Below are positions 25,946 to 32,411 of a DNA stretch of 32,411 nt, one piece after another; the first letter of the stretch is position 1; each line of letters begins with the position of its first letter. This DNA comes from Tolypothrix carrinoi HA7290-LM1. GTDB taxonomy: Bacteria > Cyanobacteriota > Cyanobacteriia > Cyanobacteriales > Nostocaceae. The position numbers were made by a program, and so were the translations under genes. Under the pieces are notes generated by a model. It did no database searches. It saw nothing but the letters and a program-made list of their open reading frames with translations, and was not told the origin of the DNA. Location: assembly GCA_019358935.1 (NCBI GenBank), contig JAHHIK010000096.1:1-32411 (forward strand). The letters are read 5' to 3'.

Positions 25946-27163
25946 TTATGCTGCACACAAATCCCCAGTCTTTTCCTTATTAACCATCATTTCAAATTCA
26001 AGCTTGCGCTTGGAAACCATCTCCTCATACCTACCAGTCTCAAAATCAGCCAAAATTCTTTCCTCCTCCAAAGTAAAATTCGTAATATCTAACATCGCAG
26101 TGAACATCATCTGAAGTGGATAAACGTGAGAAAACTTCTCCAGTAATTGATAAACCCGCTCTCGCTCTCGCACTGATGGCTCATCCTGCAATGTGGCATT
26201 TATATTTGCTGGTTTGATACCTAAAGTCTCCAAAGCGTAAGTTTTACTATTGCGAAAAGCAAAGACTACAAATTCATCGGTGATTTTAATCACACGAGCT
26301 TCTTTAAAAAAATCAGTCCGGGGTTCTTTTTTGAACTGGTAAACCTGACCAACTTCAAACTTACGCCAAGGGTTGCGAAAACCAGTCCCCACAAAAGCTA
26401 AACCATCCTTAATACTATTTACCTCGTTACTCTCAATTGCATCTAATACTTTGTCCTTACGGTCATCGGAGAGAAACCTATAAGCTGCATCAATACTCCG
26501 GTTAAACTCTCTTTCCAATGCAACAGCCGCCTGAAATTTTTCTTCTTGACGTAATTGATAAATTAAATCAAATACCTTCTTGCCCTTGTGATAACTGCCA
26601 ACGCTTATATTTAGATTGTCCGAAACCTCCCGAATCACTCGCTTGCCCTTGGCTAATTGAGAGTTACTATCATTTATCGAATGATTCAAATTTGAATCAT
26701 TCGATTGATTCAAACGACGAGCGCTCTCCCTTTGTCTTTCTCTCGCTTGGGGACGAAGTACGCTTTCCCAGTACTGCCCCTCCTGAAATTTCTGGTAATG
26801 AGTCTTTCCACCTTCCCGGTGGAGATTAAAGTCAAGCACCAGCCTCAAATCTTCTTCTTTTGAAGCAGACTCAACAAATTCCACCTTCACTTTTGTAATT
26901 TCAAGCTTGCGGGCTATCTGCAACCGACACTTACCCGCCAAGACAAGATTTACACCAGTGCGTGCAGATACCTTCAAAGATTCAAGAATTCCTTTTTCAG
27001 AAATACTTTTTTCCAAAGCAGGACGATCCTCGTTTTCACCGTAAATTTCTATTAACTTTGGGTGAATGACCAATTCACCTGGGGTCAGATGAACAATCCG
27101 ACTATCATCGCAATGGCGCATATTTGTACCCAGATATATTTCACTCGTCATCATCAAACACAA
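25946..27163 (-). CDS. ParB/Srx N-terminal domain protein
   Basis: LEKSISEKGILESLKV..VLAGKCRLQIARKL..LDFNLHR followed by an HTH-like VSDNLNISVGSY. The true start may be a downstream ATG. Confidence 0.8.
   Translation of the reverse strand: MCLMMTSEIYLGTNMRHCDDSRIVHLTPGELVIHPKLIEIYGENEDRPALEKSISEKGILESLKVSARTGVNLVLAGKCRLQIARKLEITKVKVEFVESASKEEDLRLVLDFNLHREGGKTHYQKFQEGQYWESVLRPQARERQRESARRLNQSNDSNLNHSINDSNSQLAKGKRVIREVSDNLNISVGSYHKGKKVFDLIYQLRQEEKFQAAVALEREFNRSIDAAYRFLSDDRKDKVLDAIESNEVNSIKDGLAFVGTGFRNPWRKFEVGQVYQFKKEPRTDFFKEARVIKITDEFVVFAFRNSKTYALETLGIKPANINATLQDEPSVRERERVYQLLEKFSHVYPLQMMFTAMLDITNFTLEEERILADFETGRYEEMVSKRKLEFEMMVNKEKTGDLCAA
26676..26705. repeat. Perfect 30-bp palindrome inside the ParB-like gene
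   Basis: ATCGAATGATTCAAA|TTTGAATCATTCGAT. Confidence 0.9.
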
Positions 27164-27221
27164 CGAAGAATGGACTCTTACTGGCTTAGAAGCGTTTTAA
27201 GAGCAATGAAATAAAATAGTA

Positions 27222-27297
27222 GCGATCGCCGTACACCGCTTCGCGCATGAAAACCGCGCAAGCGTCTCGCTCCAGAAGGCGGGTCTTTGACCATCGC
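27222..27297. repeat. Composite dispersed-repeat insertion at a HIP1 site
   Basis: A GC-rich tract starting GCGATCGC and ending GGCGGGTCTTTGACC-ATCGC, with the same architecture as 12638-12690. Confidence 0.55.
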
Positions 27298-27908
27298 TCA
27301 AAACGTTTACTCATAAAGTATTTCCAAGTTTGCGTAACTTTGCGTACTTTGAAATGGAGCTACAACATTCTTATGTAAAAAGAAGTTACTGATTGTTTGG
27401 ACAATACCGACTAAGTTCTTGTTTGGGAAAGCTCTGATAAGCGCATACATTTTGTGGAGGTACTAACTGAATACCAATACTCTAAGTATTGGTGGTATAG
27501 CTTTGCGGCAACTTATACTTAGTTGTCGTTGCCAAAATAAATAAAGATAAATATGATGCAAATATTTTAAAATGTATTTAATTATACAGTTTAACCAAAA
27601 AATCACAGAATGCTGCGTTACCTTGCTTCTCAAGAGAGGTTCTTTAGTATTGTCAAATTTTGTAAAGTTTTTCCGAAAAATCGACATTTGCTGTTTCTTG
27701 GAGAGTCGATTTGCACGTTGAGCTAAGAACATAGTATTATGGGGGAAGTTAAGTTAGTTAGTTAAATCAGAACAGCGAAAAGGGCTTCATCAATCAACAA
27801 GACTGATGAGCTTTATTTCGGTAAACAAGTCACTGTCTAGGTGTCAAACTAATCAGTGACTCAAAACAAGTGAGCAGTTATCCAGCTCGTGACGGGTGAT
27901 TGTCGTTT

Positions 27909-27948
27909 ACAAAGACTCGTGTTGTCAGCATGAGTCTTTGTTGGTTTT
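27909..27948 (+). terminator. Strong stem-loop, intrinsic-terminator-like
   Basis: ACAAAGACTCGTGTT-GTC-AGCATGAGTCTTTGT (15-bp stem with G-U pairs on the + strand) followed by TGGTTTT. Confidence 0.55.
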
Positions 27949-28085
27949 ATGCTAGAATAATAACAATATCAAGTATACCATTTATCTTAATTTTCGGCAG
28001 AATTTTCCAGCGATTTGATAATTTAGTTACAACTAAGTTAAAAACGCAAGAAATCCTGTAGAAGCCGGTTGTTAAGGAGTTTTTC

Positions 28086-28607
28086 ATGTCTTCTAAAGCA
28101 AAAACCATATCTTTAACTGATAAACAAAAAGCGGTACTCAAACAAATTGCAACCTCATCTAGCAGTTCTGTAAAATTGGCAAAGCGGGCACAGGTGATAC
28201 TGGCTGCAACTTCCATGACCGTCAATTCACAAATTGGCGAACAGGTAGGGATGGATAGGAATCAGGTTAGAGTGTGGAAAGAGAGATGGATAAATGCTGC
28301 TCCTGAATTATTAGATGCAGAAAAACAGGGGTTAGAGGATTTTGAGCTACAGGAGATAGTGGTTGAGTTTTTGAGTGACAAATCTCGTTCCGGAATGCCT
28401 AATGTCTTTAGCGAAGAACAGGTAAGCCAAATTCTGGCTTTAGCAGAAGCTAAAGAAGTTTTTGGGCACAAGGAAATTATAGAACTGCCGGGGTATAGAG
28501 AAAGTAAGCAAATAGCCGATGAGGCTGTTAGGCTAGGCATTGTACCAAATATTTCCCCTAGAAGTGTAGGACGATTCCTGAAACAAAGAAATGCAGTAGC
28601 AGTTTAG
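28086..28607 (+). CDS. Stand-alone IS630-transposase-type HTH protein (no DDE domain)
   Basis: RAQVILAA..QVRVWKERW..LSDKSRSGMPNVFSEEQ..IVPNISPRSVGRFLK matches the IS630 N-terminal DNA-binding region. The next gene converges 24 bp later. Confidence 0.75.
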   Translation: MSSKAKTISLTDKQKAVLKQIATSSSSSVKLAKRAQVILAATSMTVNSQIGEQVGMDRNQVRVWKERWINAAPELLDAEKQGLEDFELQEIVVEFLSDKSRSGMPNVFSEEQVSQILALAEAKEVFGHKEIIELPGYRESKQIADEAVRLGIVPNISPRSVGRFLKQRNAVAV

Positions 28608-28631
28608 GTTCATCAACGTTTGTTATTTTTA

Positions 28632-29352
28632 CTAACGCACAGCTAGTTCACGACTTATTGAACTCCCTTGAATAGACTCATCAGGCAAAATAGAGGGTTC
28701 AACATTGTGGTGTTTTGAAATACCACCCCAAGAGTCAAGCATCTGACTGTACAAAGTCGTCATTTCCCAAGCAATTCTAGCGTAGCTTTTACCCAGAGGC
28801 GAGTCGGGAGCGCATTGAGAAATCAAATCCAGCCCCATTGCCAAGTGTTTCTGGTCAATTTCTTTATGAACTTGCCAATAGCGACCCACTTTCAGCCCCA
28901 GCGCTTCAAGTTTTAGGTTTACTTTAGAGAAGAAGTCATAAGACACTCCTTCCGAAATTAAATTCAGTGCGATTACTTGATGTGCGCTCGATTCACGTAG
29001 AACAGAGCGAAAACAATAAGCTGAAACAGCAATTGTTTCTAACGTGGCTGGTACGCTGGTTGGACTCTCGTCCGGCTTTAGAAAACCGTGTTTGTGCATC
29101 CAATCAATTAGCTGTTCGCAGTGATCTACTTCCTCCATCGCATGAACAGCGAAGCAACCTTGGAAATTTTCGTCACCACACATGGCATAGCGCAGAGATA
29201 ACGCTCTTCGTAAAGTCGCGGGATTGGTAATATAACTGACGAATCCAGCCTCTAATGTCCTCCGGCTTTGAAGATAAAGCCAGTTCTTTATAAAAATGCC
29301 CATCTCCAAGACGACTCCGATATTCTTCTGCCAAACTTAACAACCACTGCAT
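28632..29352 (-). pseudogene. Heme-oxygenase-like diiron oxidase (iron-containing redox enzyme), with a +1 frameshift near 29205
   Basis: Candidate metal ligands HAMEEVDH, SEG and VHKEIDQKH. ATG at 29352 gives MQWLLSLAEEYRSRL..GWIRQLYYQSRDFT, which joins ALSLRYAMCGD in another frame. The span of 721 nt equals 240 codons plus one base. Confidence 0.7.
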
Positions 29353-29763
29353 TGGTAAAATTCCCCTTATGTATACTCAATTTGGTATTCTAGTTTGGTG
29401 AAATTTGTAAACACCAGCTATTTCTAGTATATTGGTATAGTAAAGCTAGTCAAGTAGTATAAAGAATTTTAACGAATAGAGGGGGATTGAAAGCTGCTAA
29501 GTGTTGTTACGTAAATCTTGTCGGAATTGACAGCAATCTCAGGATGTAGTTTATTTAATCGATAAGCAATTCTACTTAATGCGAGTCAATGCGACTTAAA
29601 GTTAGCTATCCAGCCAATATAATTGGTTAGAATACTTTGGACACAAGTATGGTAGGATAACGTTTGCAGTTTTGCCATGCGATACAACTCAATCAAGCAA
29701 GAATCTCCGCTCATAAATGGTCGGAGATTGTCTAAATTTTAGTAATTTTTTATACGTAATTTT

Positions 29764-30186
29764 ATGAATTGCTTAAATAAAGGTAAAATCCAACCTAATG
29801 CAGCTGGCATTCTCGTAGTCGATAGTAATAGAACGATGGTGAGCCTAAATCGAAACTTTTTAGATTTGTGGAGTCTCTCTAAACACCTTATCATGTCACA
29901 AGATGATGAGGAGGTGTTGAAGTTCGTTTCCAAACAATTTGAATATCCCAAAAGCTTTTTTAAAGAGGTTAAAAAGATATACATGCAGCAGCATTTGGAG
30001 ATTCATGACACTATTCAATTAAAAGATGGTCGAATATTTGAGCGACATTCGCAGCCGCAATGGTTAGAAGAAAAATATGTAGGAAGACTCTGGATGTTTT
30101 CTTGTATTACTGAATCACGATTGGCAAATAATCTGCTGGAAAGTTCAGTAAATTATTGTAGGTATCCAATAGTTGTAAATTTCTAG
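29764..30186 (+). CDS. Stand-alone PAS-domain protein
   Basis: GILVVDSNRTMVSLNRNFLDLW..QLKDGRIFERHSQPQ..VGRLWMFSCITE. Confidence 0.85.
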   Translation: MNCLNKGKIQPNAAGILVVDSNRTMVSLNRNFLDLWSLSKHLIMSQDDEEVLKFVSKQFEYPKSFFKEVKKIYMQQHLEIHDTIQLKDGRIFERHSQPQWLEEKYVGRLWMFSCITESRLANNLLESSVNYCRYPIVVNF

Positions 30187-30280
30187 ATACTCATTTTCTT
30201 GAATACTTTTTTATAATGTTTAACTTACGTAATTATAATTTTCCGGAAATATGTACAATAACTTCTGGCTATCGAGATAG

Positions 30281-31276
30281 ATGATAATGCCTGTTCCGGA
30301 TTTCCTTCCCATTGTTGTCAATTCCTCAGCACCAATAACAATTAATGCCCAGATTGCTGAACAAATTAAACTACTAATTGCTATGGGAGAGTTACAGCCA
30401 GGTGATGCTTTACCAACTGTTACTCAATTAGCCAAACAAGTAGGTGTCAACCACAATACCCTTGCAGCAGTCTATAACGATTTAATATCTGACGACTATC
30501 TAATAGCCCAAAGAGGTAAAGGAACTTTCGTCGCTAATACCCAAGTTGTACTAAATATTATTACTAACAAACAATTCTACAATTTACTAGGTCAAGCTTT
30601 TAGTGCTGCGGCAATAATCGGATTATCTGCATCTGAATTTGCTGGAGCAGCTTATGCACAAGCAGTGATGTTAAATCGGTATTCCTCTACTTCTTTAAAA
30701 TTAGTCTTTGTCGGATGTTCGCATCAGAGCGCAGATATATATGAAGCTATCAAATCAGAAATAAAAATTCCTTTATCATTTCTTCGTTTGTCAGATTTAA
30801 ATCCTAATGAGACAAACACTTTACAAGAAATATTAGCTGCTGACCTTGTGATTACGACAGCGCAACATCAATGGGAGGTTATTCAATTAACTGCTCCCGA
30901 ACAGGAAGTAATTTCCATTAATATCAAGCCAGATATACAACTTCTGACACAAATTTCGTCAAAACCTCGTAACACAAAGGTACTACTTGTTAGTAGTTCA
31001 GAAACTGATAGCGAGGATATGAAACGTATTCTAGTGCAGGCTGGCATTTCTCATATAAGTTTTCAAACAATAGAATTAAAGGGTCTTGAGCAAAGTCCTC
31101 AACTATTATCACAATTTGAGCTCGTTTGCGTTTCAAAAGTAGTTGAAGACTATGTATGTCAGTATAACCCCCATCCGGAGAGAGTAATGGTTTTTAATTT
31201 CAGCATTGATGAAAGTAATATGTCTGTTTTGAAAGCTCGAATCGCTACAATTAAATTAGGAAAATCCATTGTATAG
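30281..31276 (+). CDS. GntR-family transcriptional regulator with extended C-terminal domains
   Basis: QIAEQIKLLIAMGELQPGDALPTVTQLAKQVGVNHNTLAAVYNDL..QRGKGTFV. Confidence 0.92.
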   Translation: MIMPVPDFLPIVVNSSAPITINAQIAEQIKLLIAMGELQPGDALPTVTQLAKQVGVNHNTLAAVYNDLISDDYLIAQRGKGTFVANTQVVLNIITNKQFYNLLGQAFSAAAIIGLSASEFAGAAYAQAVMLNRYSSTSLKLVFVGCSHQSADIYEAIKSEIKIPLSFLRLSDLNPNETNTLQEILAADLVITTAQHQWEVIQLTAPEQEVISINIKPDIQLLTQISSKPRNTKVLLVSSSETDSEDMKRILVQAGISHISFQTIELKGLEQSPQLLSQFELVCVSKVVEDYVCQYNPHPERVMVFNFSIDESNMSVLKARIATIKLGKSIV

Positions 31277-31475
31277 AGCTTTATGACATTAATGAGAGGC
31301 GCAAAAAGATCGAAACTAAATCACTTCAGTATTCTCAGTTTATTTCGTTATTCTTTTATCTGTTTGAGGCTTGTAGAACGTTTAGAATAAAAGTCTTTTG
31401 ACTTCGTACATAAGTCACTTCCTACCAACACTACATGGGAGCAACCTTCTAACAGTGAGGTCGGATAAAAAAGGT

Positions 31476-31504
31476 GCGTTCACGCAGTGTACCGTAGGTA
31501 TCGC
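31476..31504. repeat. 21-nt element splitting a HIP1 site (SDR5-type)
   Basis: GCG|TTCACGCAGTGTACCGTAGGT|ATCGC. Confidence 0.7.
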
Positions 31505-31763
31505 TAAAAATTATATTTAAGTAAAAAGTGATTTTATTTACAGAAAAATACTGTTTGACAGGAGAATTAATCTTTATGAGATATCTCATTGTGATACTGC
31601 GTGATAAAAATCTAATAATTGATAAGTTTCATGTGGACATTGGAGTTTCTTTAATAAAGGGGGAATGTGTATCCATAAGAACATTACTTGTAGGTAAACT
31701 GCCAAGCTCTAAACTTGTTAATTTCGATTGACGTAAATTTATGCCGATACCAAAGTAATATCT

Positions 31764-31862
31764 TATACCAATTATTTATGAAGCTGCGTTAAATAAAGCT
31801 TCAAGAATGAAGTCGTAAGAGGTGAGAGAAGCAATCACCTCTGGTGTAATAGTTTCTAGCAC
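31764..31862 (-). mobile_element. IS630-family remnant: transposase C-terminus and terminal IR
   Basis: The minus strand reads LETITPEVIASLTSYDFILEALFNAAS*. The end TATACCAATTATTTATGAAGCTGCG resembles the IR at 31867. Confidence 0.65.
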
Positions 31863-31866
31863 CTCA

Positions 31867-32081
31867 TACCAGTTCTGTGTGAAGATGCGCCAAACTACGT
31901 CAAACTATTAGGTGGGTGTATTTGGTGCTTTTGTTATGAGTCGTCCATTTCAAATCGAGATTTCAGAAAGCCAAGAAGAACTTGAGAAAGCGATCAGATA
32001 TGCGACAAGCGGTGATCTGTAAAGAACGATTGCAGATGCTCTACTGGCTTAAAAGTGGTCAAGTAACAAGCAGGCGATCGC
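31867..32081 (+). mobile_element. IS630-family remnant: left IR and frameshifted transposase N-terminus
   Basis: TACCAGTTCTGTGTGAAGATGCG, then ATG at 31936: MSRPFQIEISESQEELEKAIRYA / KERLQMLYWLKSGQVTSRRS. Confidence 0.7.
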
Positions 32082-32230
32082 TCAATTCACAGGTCGCAAA
32101 ATTTTTCTCCCACCAGTCCAACATAATTTATCACCTTTAGCACCTAATTTCAATTACTCTACCGTATATACTTTGCTTTTTTCTAAATCCTTTATGAGCA
32201 AGCCTTTTGAGACTTAACGGGAAAAGTCAG
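32074..32230 (-). mobile_element. IS4-family (IS50/Tn5-like) remnant: left end and first codons
   Basis: The minus-strand end CTGACTTTTCCCGTTAAG resembles the IS50 end CTGACT. ATG at 32124 gives MLDWWEKNFATCELSDR, matching the W...F....LGD.R motif. Confidence 0.65.
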
Positions 32231-32285
32231 ATCATGGTATAGGGACGCTCACTTATGGTTGCAACAGAATTAAACGCTGCGACCA

Positions 32286-32411
32286 TATAGCGCTTCTCAG
32301 TTGGGTGCAATATAGTAACAACAGTGAGTGAACCATCCAATAATGTCTTTAAGAGTGACTGTGGCTAGAGCATCTGTAATAGCTTGATCTAATTCTTCAT
32401 AGGTTCTGGCG
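32286..32411 (-). mobile_element. IS630-family transposase C-terminus and right end (runs off the window)
   Basis: The minus strand reads ARTYEELDQAITDALATVTLKDIIGWFTHCCYYIAPN*, followed by GAAGCGCTATA. Confidence 0.75.

Noticed and set aside
27328..27352. TTTGCGTA direct repeat as iterons
   Set aside because: Only two short copies; it may be an operator but is unsupported.
1..32411. CRISPR array, tRNA/rRNA, integron integrase, T4SS/VirD4 genes
   Set aside because: No regularly spaced repeats, RNA gene signatures, tyrosine recombinase motifs or VirB4/VirD4 ORFs were seen in this window.

Overview
This window looks like an AT-rich cyanobacterial plasmid or conjugative-element backbone, probably from Nostocales. 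I counted at least 17 HIP1 octamers (GCGATCGC) by eye, plus Nostoc-type small dispersed repeats. (1) 1-3.8 kb: a decayed mobile patch with an IS66 end, a frameshifted IS110/IS1111 recombinase preceded by a bridge/seek-RNA-like non-coding region, a remnant integron cassette array (two attC sites, no integrase) and a tnpB/IS605 right-end remnant. (2) 3.8-16 kb, the centrepiece: an HUH relaxase followed by a 3147-aa multidomain protein and a 242-aa protein. The N-terminus of the giant protein carries the ordered motifs of single-chain two-barrel RNA polymerases (eukaryotic RdRP/QDE-1 and phage YonO type; DYDGD at residues 538-542). Its C-terminal half carries an apparently inactive RNase H fold, an AlkB-like 2OG-Fe(II) dioxygenase, an ASCH-like domain, two NADAR-like domains and a SLOG-like domain. 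All three proteins appear to end in a similar C-terminal module, suggesting co-transfer during conjugation (inference). (3) 16-27 kb: a divergent atypical two-component pair, tandem MobD/ParA-like NTPases with a membrane partner, a Zn-finger/TOPRIM/helicase-like Rep with an upstream DnaA box, and a ParB-like gene containing a perfect 30-bp palindrome. (4) 27.7-31.3 kb: a candidate structured RNA, a lone IS630-type HTH gene, a frameshifted heme-oxygenase-like diiron enzyme, and PAS and GntR genes. (5) 31.7-32.4 kb: IS630 and IS4 remnants, two of them joined at a HIP1 site. All family calls come from motif recognition by eye; no searches were run.
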